DNA of 64,000 nt, taken from assembly GCA_951406725.2 (NCBI GenBank), contig OX597821.1, positions 44,950,001 through 45,014,000 of the forward strand. Direction: 5' to 3'. Below the pieces are notes generated by a model. The model saw only the letters and a list, made by a program, of their open reading frames with translations, was not told the origin of the DNA and ran no database searches. The DNA comes from Octopus vulgaris. Its lineage: Eukaryota. Position numbers and translations under genes: made by a program. How positions within the stretch are numbered: the first letter of the stretch is position 1; each line of letters opens with the position of its first letter. This document shows positions 1-10,284 of the stretch, piece by piece.

Positions 1-45
1 GATATATATATATATATATACACATACACACACACATATTTATAT

Positions 46-247
46 ATAAGAAAATGAGATGACAGGATAAATTACTATCTTATGAGCTTCATTAGCTTAC
101 AGCTGATTTTGCTATAAAATGCAGTGGATTCATTGTTGAGTGCCTGAGTAACACCTATGAGTCCACTGCATCTTATAGCAGAAACAACTGTAAGCTAATG
201 ATGCTCAAAAAATATTCGCTTATTCTTTTGTCATCTTATTTTCTTAT
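46..247. repeat. Imperfect inverted repeat (arms ~46-133 and ~157-247) next to a (TA)/(CA) microsatellite; probable Penelope-like terminal remnant
   Basis: ataagaaaatgagatgaca...cattagcttacagctg...gcagtggattcat is the reverse complement of atgagtccactgc...gaaacaactgtaagctaatg...tgtcatcttattttcttat. Confidence 0.75.
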
Positions 248-344
248 TACCACTCTGTACTTGTCCAATGCTTTGTTCTGAAGACTGTGTACATTGAGTT
301 CTACACAAGGTTATTAGTATTGCAATATACATATATATATATAA

Positions 345-600
345 TCATTTGACATCTACTTTTCTACGTTTGCATGAGTCAGAATTTGTTGGAGCAAATT
401 TTCTATGGCTAGATGCCCTTCTTATCAAACACTCTTACCTGTTTCCAAGCAAGGTAATATTTTTCCATGCCTAAACATGTTTTTTGCAAAAGACTGGAAG
501 CAAACAACATTGTCTGTATGATGATGATGATGATGATGATGATGCTTATTCAACCCATCATGTGATGTCTAGACAGAGGTACACACAAACACTTATCACA
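345..600 (-). mobile_element. Degenerate SINE/retroposon 3' part with GGAAGGGCATCC-type tail (related copies ~42150-42400 -, ~63050-63245 +)
   Basis: tttctatggctagatgcccttctt...ttacctgtttccaagcaaggtaatat is shared with the other copies. Confidence 0.6.
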
Positions 601-889
601 CACATATATATGATGTGTTTCTTTCATTTTCTATCTGTCAAATCCACTCACATGGCTTTGATTGCCCTGGGACTATAAAAAGCACCTGCCCAAGATACTG
701 CACAGTGGGACTGAACCCAAGACCACATGGATGGAAAGCAACACTTAAGCATACAGTTATGCTCCGTAAATGTGAAGTTCAAAGGAAAACGACAACTCTG
801 TTTCGACCAAGAAAATTAAAACAACTAGTGTCCATAATAGTGGAAAGAACAAAAAGAAGAGGACACACAGTAACTGGTACTCCATCAAT

Positions 890-1200
890 TGTGGAAATGA
901 TGGTTCCAGTTGATCCATTCAATGGAACAGCCTGCTTGTGAAATTAATGTGCAAGTGGTTGAGCACTCCACAGACATGCATACCGAACATAAATTTTTAG
1001 TGAGATTCAGTGAGACACAGAATGTGACAAGACCAAGCCGTTGAAATACAGGTGTAACTCATTTTTGCCTGCTGAGTGGACTGAAGCAACATGAAACAAA
1101 GTATCTTGATCAAGAGACACAACAAGCTGCCAGAAACTGAACTCACAACCTTACGACTGTGAGCCAAATACCCCTAACCACTAAGCCACATACCTTCATG
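890..1200 (-). mobile_element. Degenerate tRNA-derived SINE, same family as 50191-50574
   Basis: The reverse complement matches the 50.2 kb SINE body (gtctgtggagtgctcaaccacttgcacattaatttcacaagcaggctgttcc). Confidence 0.7.
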
Positions 1201-1959
1201 GACACACAGTAATTTTTGAAGATAATATAAGTTAACTGAAAGTTTTGACACAAAGAGACAATAAATAGGTAATACAAAATAAAAACAAAAATTTTCTATC
1301 TGTCTCCTCTCTTTCTGCCACTTTCTCCTTTTCTCTCTCTCATTGCTCACACATTACCATCATCCATCTTTCTTTTCCTACGCGATGTTCTAAAGACTGG
1401 ACATCTTCTATCCCTCTCTTCCATTGTTTCTTTTTTCAACGAAAATATTTCTTCCAGTGTTCACTATTTTCCCCCTCGTTCTGGTCTAACGACCCTCCAT
1501 GTTTGTTTTCATTCGGTTTCCTTGTATGTCTCCACTGTTCTGTTTTTGTTCCCAACTTTGACCCTCCATAAAACTGAAAATTTATTTTGAAAGTTATGGG
1601 AGCAACTGTCTTCAAAGACTCATATTGTCGCTGAATGCTTGAAATGAGGAGTAGATAGACAGCTGACAACTGATGAAGGGTCGTTGTTTGTGTTACTTGT
1701 CCTGTTTTAAATTTTTCTCTCTCGTTGTTTGCATATTTAACTCGAACTTTATGTTGTTTACAGTTGGTAACATCCTGTACCCATATATGTATATATTATT
1801 TATATTATTATGTGTATGTATGTATATATATTATTATATGTATGTATGTATGTATATATGCTTATGTGTGTGTGTCTGTGTCTGTCCCTCAGCCATCACT
1901 TGACAATCGATGTTGGTGTGTTCATGTCCCTGTAACTTAGCAGTTCACTCCATTTTTTT

Positions 1960-3482
1960 TTTGTTTTTGTTGTCGAACACATTCACTTACTTTCTCCTCC
2001 AAAATTTAATGCTCTTAGCTTACATTTTTGAAGCCAGCCAGATTTGAACAGTCTCAAGTGTAACTGACTGAAACTGTTAGGATGATCTGGAAACTTGAAA
2101 GAAGGATGCGAATGACCCATCCTTGTTTTTTCCTATCTGTCTTTTCATTGTTTTTCCTGTCTGATTTGTATCATCTATCTGTCCGCATGTTTTATTGCTG
2201 TCTGTTGCATTCTTGTTCCATTTTCTAGATTTATATATTGTTGTGGAGGATATCCCTGAGTGAGAGGAGTGGGTTGTTCCACTACAAATAAATAGTGGAC
2301 AGACACAAACGTTGGTGTCAGTTGGCAAAGTACATCATTCAGACCGGTCACGCAGATGATGAAGTACGTCATTATAATGCGGGACACCAGTGGCAATGAG
2401 GATTCAAAGCTCACGCAGGTGAGTTAACAAACTTTTGTGATACAATGTTGTTAATGATGGAAGACACAACAGTGGCAATGAGGATTTGAACTACCCGCAG
2501 TGGAAAATATTAAAAATCCCGTTGAAGAAGGATTTGAACTACCCACAGTGGAAAATATTAAAAATCCTGTTGAAGAAGGATTTGAACTACCCACAGTGGA
2601 AAATATTAAAAATCCTGTTGAAGAAGGATTTGAACTACCTGCAGTGGAAAATATTAAAAATCTTGTTGAAGAAAGATTCAAACTACACACACAGAGGAAA
2701 ATATTAAAAATCCTGTTGAAGAAGGATTTGAACTACCCACAGTGGAAAATATTAAAAATCTTGTTGAAGAAAGATTCGAACTACACACAGTGGAAAATAT
2801 TGAAAATCCTCTGACTTTGTAAAAATGGTGATGAGGAATCTAATTTCACATACTCCACAACAGTGGGACACAAAAAGAAATAATATAAGTCCATTTGAAG
2901 GATTTCAGTTAGGTTGCTATGTGTTTGTAGTGCTACTGGTAAGAATGTAGAGCCAATATTACCTGAGGCATTCTGGAGAAAAACATTTTGTGGGTGGAAG
3001 AAAAAGAAATGGAACATGAAAAAAAATATATATAATAATAATGCAGTGTGAAGAAGAACAAAAGAAAAATAATAATACAAGTCCGTTGAAAGATTTCAGT
3101 CAGGTCGCTCATATGTTTGTAGCATTACTGGAAAGAATGTAGAGCCGGAACTGCCTGGAGCATTCTGGAGAAGAAGAGAAAGATATGGAATATGAAAAAT
3201 AATACATATAATAATGCTGTGTGAAGAAACAAAAAAGGGAATACAATGCAGTGTGAAAAAAAAAAAAGGGAATACAATGCAGTGTGAAGAAAAAAATTTT
3301 CTTTTAAATCTCAAAAGGAGAGGTGTTGTGGAGGACTCCCACTGAGTGAGAATAGTGGGCTGTTCCACTACAAATCAATTGTGGACAGACACAAGTGGTG
3401 TCAGTCTGCAAGGTACGTCATTCAGGCCAGATGACGCAGATGACGAAGTACATCGTTATAATGCGGGACATATCAGTGTCAA
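1960..3482 (+). mobile_element. Non-autonomous LTR-like element with internal direct repeats (2239-2396 vs 3324-3482; ~2890-3080 vs ~3082-3290)
   Basis: The TG-initiated repeat TGTTGTGGAGG...TTCCACTACA occurs twice, the second copy preceded by the purine tract AAAAGGAGAGG. Region 1990-2235 resembles 49010-49250. Confidence 0.45.
2479..2810 (+). repeat. 48-bp tandem minisatellite, about 7 copies
   Basis: Unit GAAGAAGGATTTGAACTACCCACAGTGGAAAATATTAAAAATCCTGTT. Confidence 0.95.
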
Positions 3483-3551
3483 GCAAGACACAACAGATAT
3501 ATATATAGCAGTGCACAGACACTTTTGCTTATCTTGTAAGTATATATATAC

Positions 3552-3973
3552 ATCATCATCATCATCATCATCATCGTTTAACGTCCGCTTTCCATGCTAG
3601 CATGGGTTGGACGGTTCAACTGGGGTCTGGCAAGCCCGAAGGCTGCACCAGGCCAGTCAGATCTGGCAGTGTTTCTACAGCTGGATGCCCTTCCTAACGC
3701 CAACCACTCCGAGAGTGTAGTGGGTGATTTTATGTGCCACTGACACAGGTGCCAGACGAGGCTGGCAGACGGCCACGCTCGGATGGTGTTTTTTATGTGC
3801 CACCGACACAGGTGCCAGACGAGGCTGGCTGACGGCCACGCTCGGATGGTGTTTTCTTATGTGTCACCGACACAGGTGCCAGACGGGGCTGGCGGACGGC
3901 CACGCTCGGATAGTGTTTGTTACGTGCCCTCAGCACGGAGGCCAGTCGTTGCGGTACTGGCTACGATCACGTT

Positions 3974-3978
<5 letters not shown>
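3552..3978 (-). mobile_element. 5'-truncated RTE LINE 3' end (young subfamily) with ~60-bp tandem units and (GAT)n tail
   Basis: Near-identical to 25230-25670 and 34749-35200; homologous to the tail following the RT ORF at 33075-34458. Confidence 0.85.
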
Positions 3979-4015
<37 letters not shown>

Positions 4016-4018
<3 letters not shown>

Positions 4019-4192
4019 TCATCATCATTTAGCGTCTGCTTTCCATGCTACCATGGGTTGGACGGTTCAACTGGGGTCTGGGAAACCAGAAGGTTGCACC
4101 AGGCCCAGTCTGATCTGGCAATGTTTCTACAGCTGGATGCCCTTCCTAACGCCAACCACTCCGTGAGTGTAGTGGGTGCTTTTCACGTGCCA
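4016..4192 (-). mobile_element. Short RTE LINE 3' tail
   Basis: catcatcatttagcgtctgctttccatgc...ctggatgcccttcctaacgccaaccactcc. Confidence 0.8.
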
Positions 4193-4239
<47 letters not shown>

Positions 4240-4243
<4 letters not shown>

Positions 4244-4670
4244 CATGGCTGTGTGGTTAGGGAGCTTGCTTCCTAGCTACATGGTTTCGGGTTCAGTCCC
4301 ACTGCGTGGCACTTTGGGTAGGTGTCTTCCACTATAGCCCCGAGCCGACCGAAGCTTTGTGATTGAATTCGGCAGGCGGAAGTTACTGCCGTGTGTGTAT
4401 ATGTGCGTGTAGGTGCTTGTGCCTCTCCGAAAGAGTGAGAGGGATATACATACACACACACACACATATATATATATATACATACATACACACACACATG
4501 CATACAATGAGCTTCTTTCAGTTTCCATCTAACAAATCCACCACATCCACTCATAAAGCTCTGGCTGGCCTGGGGCTATAATAAAAGACACATTCTCAAT
4601 GTACCATACAGTGGGTGGAGCTGAGCCTAAAAGTACATGGGTGGGGAGGAAGCTTCTTAACCACACAGCC
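4240..4670. mobile_element. Two tRNA-head SINE 5' halves in inverted orientation (4240-4420 +, 4505-4670 -)
   Basis: The A/B-box-like head ggctgtgtggttagggag...ggttcagtccc and the ttgggtaggtgtcttc core are present on both strands. Confidence 0.7.
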
Positions 4671-6119
4671 AACTCTTTAATGACAACCAACTGTTAACAC
4701 CACTAAAATCAGCTCCAAGAGTACATTATGAAGTACTGAACCTTCTTTCTGTCTAAACGTCTCTGTCTCACCCCACCCCCCATCATTCCTCCTCACATTC
4801 TGTCTTATTTCACTTCACATTCTTCTCAGTTCACCGAACTCTCTCCAGTAGAAAAGAACATTACTTGCAGTTAGAATGCACGAGACCCAGCAGCAGCCAC
4901 TGCCACTGTATTACATGTTTGCTGGCAGAAAACCAGCTGCATCAGTAATAATAACAGTACAAGCAACAGCTACAACATCAGCATCATCGTTATTACTACA
5001 CTGACACTATCTTCCCCTCCTCCATACAAGTCACACCCAACCAGACAACAACAACAGCAACAACAACAACAAGGGAATCAGCACAATGACCCCCTCTCAA
5101 GAGAAATTATCAGCCTATGGGGGCAACTGGGAAAGATTGCATGTCTTACTACACAACAACATTAACAACAATAACAGCAATAGTAGCAAGGCATCATCAT
5201 TATCATCATCAGCAACAGCAGCAGTAGTTGTAGCAGCAAGAGGCAGTACCCAACACTTAAATAATGGATCTACATCAGTTTCAGTGATGACTGTAAGCTG
5301 AATTTCTTGTTCATTGAATTAGTATGAAAGTGGCAGAGTATTTCCCAGACATGTGTACCTTTAATGAAGTTGTCAGGTAGAGTCTGTGTAACACAGTGTG
5401 ACAAGGCTGAATGTTGGACAAAACTCCCTTAGGACAGAACACTCAAGGAAAAAAAAAAAAAACCCTTAGGACAAAATTCCACTAGGACAAAAAAAAAAAG
5501 AAAGTAATTTTTAAAACATAATTTCAATTCGTATTTATTTATAGTTTATGAACACTTTTCTGTGATGTAAATGAAATATTACATTAATTATATAATAACC
5601 CCAATCACAAAAATGAACATATTAAAAAGAACATCATACCAAATATTAAAAACCTCATTAAGTGTTGAGGTTCATTTAAAGTTCATTTTACTACAAACTG
5701 ATACTGTGCCCTATGCCATTCAGAAATTCTTCCATTTCTCCATGGTCTTCCTCTTATTCACATATTCTAGAAGTGGATTTTGGTCCTAGGGCAGTTTAGT
5801 ACAATCCATGCGACAGGCTTTCACAGTCTCCATCCACCCAGTTCCACCAGTTTCAAACACATGGCTTAGGGCAATCTAAGGTTGCGGTTAAAAAACGTTT
5901 TACTCAAAATCAAAATGCTATCCAGTGGGGTTGAACCCTGGGATGTCATAATTATGAAGCACATTTCTTAACCATTTAGCCCCTGCTGTGACATTACACT
6001 AATACTGGAAAATATGAGCCAGTTTCTGCACAGTTGCTCAACCTGTTAGATGTATCACACCTTACCATTGTAAAATACTGGAGGGTCATAGTTGGAACAC
6101 TTTGACCTGAGACAGCTCA

Positions 6120-6173
6120 ACAGCATAACTACTGCTGCTACTACTACCACTACAACTGCTGCTGCTGCTACTA

Positions 6174-6247
<74 letters not shown>

Positions 6248-6760
6248 AAACCCTTTCTTACCATATGTTGAAGGTCAAATTTTTGAATGTGGAGTGGGTA
6301 GAGTCTGACTTGTATCAATCCTTATTGACCCTGAAAGGATGAAGTTTAACCCCTGTGCAACAGTCAGAATTTGAAATCAGAACACAGAATTAAGAGATGA
6401 AGTAGCAAAAGTCATTTGCATCCAAAAATCAACTCTTTTTTTTTTTTTTCCGAGACTGACATCTTTCCTCAGTAACATAATTGTCACCACCCACGTCAGT
6501 GTTATTATCTTCATCACACATCAACTGTTAGCCTGTCAGCAACAACAGTAATATCAGAAGCAGTAGCAGTTGTAGTAGCAGTGGTGGTGGTAGTAGCTGT
6601 AGTACTGGCATTAGAAATAACAACAGTAGCAGCAGTTGCAATAGCATTTGTGGTAGTTACTGCAGCAATAGTGGTTGAAACACTAATAGCTACAGTAGCA
6701 GCAATAGTAGAACTGGTAGTAAAAGTAACAGTAGGATTAGGAGTAGGAGTAGCAGTATGT
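6120..6760. repeat. Degenerate trinucleotide low-complexity tracts (TAC/TGC; AGT/AGC)
   Basis: Direct inspection; these tracts generate the poly-S/A/V ORFs. Confidence 0.85.
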
Positions 6761-6849
6761 CATTTCACCAAGCACCTATGACATTGCTAGCATCAGCAAT
6801 AACGTTAAGCATGATCAATAGTTATACCTTTATTATAGACATAAGAAAG

Positions 6850-7130
6850 GTGATGGATGGTAGAATTGATAGGGCGATGAGTGGTAGAGTGAAGGATAAT
6901 AGAATTGGTAAAGAGAGGAGAATAGTACAACTGGTAGAGTGATGGTTGATAGAATCAGTAAGGTGTTAGAATTGATAAAGCAGTACGTGGTAGAATTAGT
7001 AGAGTGATGGCTGTTAGATTTGATAAAGCAGTGGATGGTTTAATTGGTAAAGAGGTAAGTGGGAGAATTAGTTGAGCAGTGGATGGTAGACTTTGTAGAA
7101 TGATGGGTGGTAGAATTGGCAGAGTGTTAT
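6850..7130 (+). repeat. Degenerate ~24-bp minisatellite (gtggatggtagaattggtagagca-like)
   Basis: Recurrent tagaattg motif at ~24-bp spacing. Confidence 0.65.
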
Positions 7131-7599
7131 ACAATCTTCTATGAAGTCAACTTTGTCATCCTTCTGAGGTCAATCAAAGAAGTATAAGTTGTTTTTGATG
7201 TTGTTTAGTTCTAAATCAGCCAAAATAAAGCAGACCTGTGATCAAATACTTTCCAGGTAAAAACCATTCCACCTTTTTACATTTATGTATGACTATATTT
7301 TCTCATATGTCCTTCCTAAATTCAAAGTGCGTAACGTGAAGGAAATCTGGCTTTAATTGTCAGCAAAATGAATGATCACTAGAGTCTTCTTTGTGAAGTG
7401 TTAGAAGCAATATATTTCATTGTGCCCTGCCACAAAAACACTGTACTTGTCAGTCTTTCATAGAAATCAATAATCTTGATGGTGTCAAAAGAAACAATAA
7501 AGACGCTGTTAGTAAAAAAACAATAAGACTAATCACTGAAACAATGCTATCAACTGAACCCTCTTCAAATGGCAAAATAAGCAGAGATATTACCGAAAA

Positions 7600-7830
7600 C
7601 CAAAGTGCCATGTAAAAAGCATAGGTGTGGGTGCTGGTACCACATAAAAAGCACCTTGTATACTCTGTAAAGTGGTTGGCATTAAGAAGGGTATCCAGCT
7701 GTAGAAAAGTAAGCCAAAACAGTCTATGGAACCTGATGTCACCCCTGGCTTTGCCAGTTCCTGTCAAGCTGTCCAATTCATGCCAGCATGGAAAAAGGAC
7801 ATTAAACGTTGATGATGATGATGATGGTGA
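7600..7830 (+). mobile_element. Old RTE LINE 3' tail
   Basis: cacataaaaagcacc...gtggttggcattaagaagggtatccagctgtagaaa...(GAT)n. Confidence 0.75.
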
Positions 7831-8047
7831 TTAGAGTCTTCGATAGAATATTTCATGGTATTTGTTCCAACACTTTGTGTTCTCAGTTCAAATTCTACCA
7901 AATCACCTTTGCATTTCTGGGTTAATGAAAAAGAGTACCAATCTAAGGATTGATGAAACAATAAGAATGGAACTCTAAGGCATAACTTTTGCGTTTCTAG
8001 CAGTTTATACCCAAACATTGGGTATAACTACTCACTGGGTACATATA

Positions 8048-8222
8048 GGTGCAGGAGTGGCTGCGTGGTAAGTAGCTTGCTTACCAACCACATGGTTCCA
8101 AGTTCAGTCTCACTGTGTGGTACCTTGGGCAAGTGTCTTCTACTATAGCTTTGGGCTAACCAAAGTCTTGTGAGGGGATTTGGTTGATGGAAACTGAAAG
8201 AAGCCTGTCGTATGTATGTATG

Positions 8223-8270
<48 letters not shown>

Positions 8271-8468
8271 TGTGTTTGTCCCCTCCATCGCTTGAAAACC
8301 GATGTTGGTGTGTTTACATCCTGTAACTTAGCGGTTCAGCAAAAGAGACCGATAGCATAAGTACTAGGTTTACAAAGAATAAGTCCTGGGGTCGATTTGT
8401 TCAACTAAAGGCAGTGCTCCAGCATGGCTGCAGTCAAATGACCAAAACAAATAAAGGAATACAAGAAT
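8048..8468 (+). mobile_element. Full-length octopus-type tRNA-derived SINE with internal microsatellite
   Basis: Head ggtgcaggagtggctgcgtggtaag...agttcagtc, CORE-like accttgggcaagtgtcttc, tail gctccagcatggctgcagtcaaatgac; colinear with 39786 and 47338 copies. Confidence 0.9.
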
Positions 8469-8472
8469 ACAT

Positions 8473-8513
<41 letters not shown>

Positions 8514-8696
8514 CTGTGTGTGTGTGTGTGTGTGCACATGTATCACTGCATTAAAAGGATTGGCAACAAGAAGAGGATCCAGCCGTAAAGTCCCATTCAA
8601 CCCATTACAGCATGGAAATGTACATAACACTGTTGCTGTTGCTGATGATGATAATGATATCAGTCTGCCAATCTATTTGTATCTCTCTCTCTCTCT

Positions 8697-9055
8697 CGTT
8701 CGGTGGCATGTAAGAGAACCTTCCGTTTCGCGATTGTTACCAGCGCCGCCCCGACTGGCCTCGTGGCACATAAAAAGCACCATCTGTTCGTGTCCGTTGC
8801 CAGCCTCGCCTGGCCCCCGTGCCGGTGGCACATAAAGAGCACCATCCGTTCGTGGCCGTTTGCCAGCTCTGTCTGGCACCTATGCGGGTGGCACGTAAAA
8901 AGCACCCACTACACTCACGGAGTGGTTGGCGTTAGGAAGGGCATCCAGCCGTAGAAACACTGCCAGATTTGACTGGGCCTGATGAAGCCTTCTGGCTTCA
9001 CAGACCCCAGTAGAACCGTCCAACCCATGCTAGCATGGAAAACGGACGCTAAACA

Positions 9056-9085
<30 letters not shown>
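8697..9085 (+). mobile_element. RTE LINE 3' end with 4 tandem structured units and (GAT)n tail
   Basis: Repeated gtggcac(a/g)taaaaagcacc followed by ggttggcgttaggaagggcatcc...gatgatgat. Confidence 0.85.
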
Positions 9086-9087
<2 letters not shown>

Positions 9088-9504
9088 ATATATATATATA
9101 AATAAAATACATTAAAAGTCAGTTTGAATCTTGCTTACTTGCTTGCAATGTTGCCCAGCCAAACTGGAGCATAATGGGAAAATACTATGAATTAACTTAA
9201 CCCTGAAATCTTAATACGAATGGAATGAAACAAGTTCCGCATAAATCGGGGCAGCAGTTATTGAGATATATGGGGTTTGGGAGTATAAATACCCAAAATG
9301 GTGCATAATGGGAAAATGTTCTGAATTTAACTATGCCCTGAGAGGGAAGAAACTCTAACCTTTCAATGTCACATTTGTTGAAAGCATGTAAAATAACCTG
9401 GAAAAGAAGAAAAGAAAAAACTCACAAAACAAAACTCCGCTGTTGGAAAACTCTGAGCTTCCTGGTGACCCAATGGGTCACAAGTAATCTAGTCTAGTAT
9501 ATAT

Positions 9505-9680
9505 ATATAGTAAGAATTTACAAAAAACAAAAGAAGACGGGTGTGTAAACAACAAACAGATGTTTAACACTCAGGAAGTGAGAAAGTCTTTTACGTTTCA
9601 AGCCTATGCTCTTTGACAGAAAGGAACACAGAAATAAACAGGGAGAGAAAACAGAAAGGATTAGTGGCTAGCAATCTATC
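9505..9680 (-). mobile_element. Penelope-like terminal repeat fragment (family also at 10090, 49660, 63740)
   Basis: gtcttttacgtttcaagcctatgctctttgacagaaagg is shared with the other three copies. Confidence 0.7.
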
Positions 9681-9719
9681 AAGGAGATGAGAAAGGGCAG
9701 AGGCCTCTGACAGTTTGTC

Positions 9720-10070
9720 GTGCTTGAGAAGACATGTCAGACGAAGTAAAATCGTGGCTGTCCATGCATTCAGGCATGTCTTCTACATCTCCCTCTTATA
9801 CAAGAGATCCTAGTCTTGTGGGCTCCTGCCACATAAAAGTACCTGTGCTGGTGCACATAGAAGCACCCATGCCAGTGCCACATAAAAGCACCCAGTATGT
9901 TTTGTAAAGTGGTTGGTGTTCAGAAGGGCATCCAACCATAGAAATTATGCTAAAACAGACAAATGTAGCCTGTGGAGCCCTCAAGCTGGCCAACTCTTGT
10001 CAAACCATCCAACCCATAACAGTATGGAGAAAAGACATTGAAATGTAATAATGATGATGATAATTATGAT
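9720..10070 (+). mobile_element. Old RTE LINE 3' tail
   Basis: gtgccacataaaagcacc units, ggttggtgttcagaagggcatcc, degenerate (GAT)n. Confidence 0.7.
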
Positions 10071-10089
10071 ATATATATATATATATATC

Positions 10090-10265
10090 TGCACGCATTT
10101 TTTCTCTCTCCTTGTTTCTTTTCTGTGTATCTTTCTGTTGAAGAGCGTAGGCTCGAAACGTAAAAGACTTGTTTTATTTCTATTCCTGAGCGCCATACTA
10201 ATACAATAGTTTGTTTGTACTCCACCTGCCTTCGTCTTTTGTTTATTTTCGTAAAGCTTCCCATT
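10090..10265 (+). mobile_element. Penelope-like terminal repeat fragment embedded in (TA)n
   Basis: Same family as the terminus downstream of the GIY-YIG remnant at 49.7-51.4 kb. Confidence 0.7.
10130..10167 (+). ncRNA. Minimal type-I hammerhead-ribozyme-like motif with variant core
   Basis: TCTTT-CTGTTGA-A-GAGC(GTAG)GCTC-GAAA-CG-TA-AAAGA: stem I, core, stem II, GAAA, ACGT palindrome, GUA triplet. Confidence 0.6.
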
Positions 10266-10284
10266 ATATATATATATATATGCA

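Noticed and set aside
1669-1700. CTGATGAAGGG as a hammerhead core
   Set aside because: No stem II closure or GAAA...UH follows
2479-2810. 48-bp repeat as a CRISPR array or host gene exon
   Set aside because: Pure tandem repeat without spacers; no splice or homology support
3722-3978. Regularly spaced ~60-bp repeats as a CRISPR array
   Set aside because: Whole units are homologous with no unique spacers, the context is a eukaryotic LINE UTR, and there are no cas genes
5410-5810. MITE with repeated ggacaaaa/cctagg subterminal motifs
   Set aside because: Probably real, but too decayed to define TIRs or a TSD with confidence
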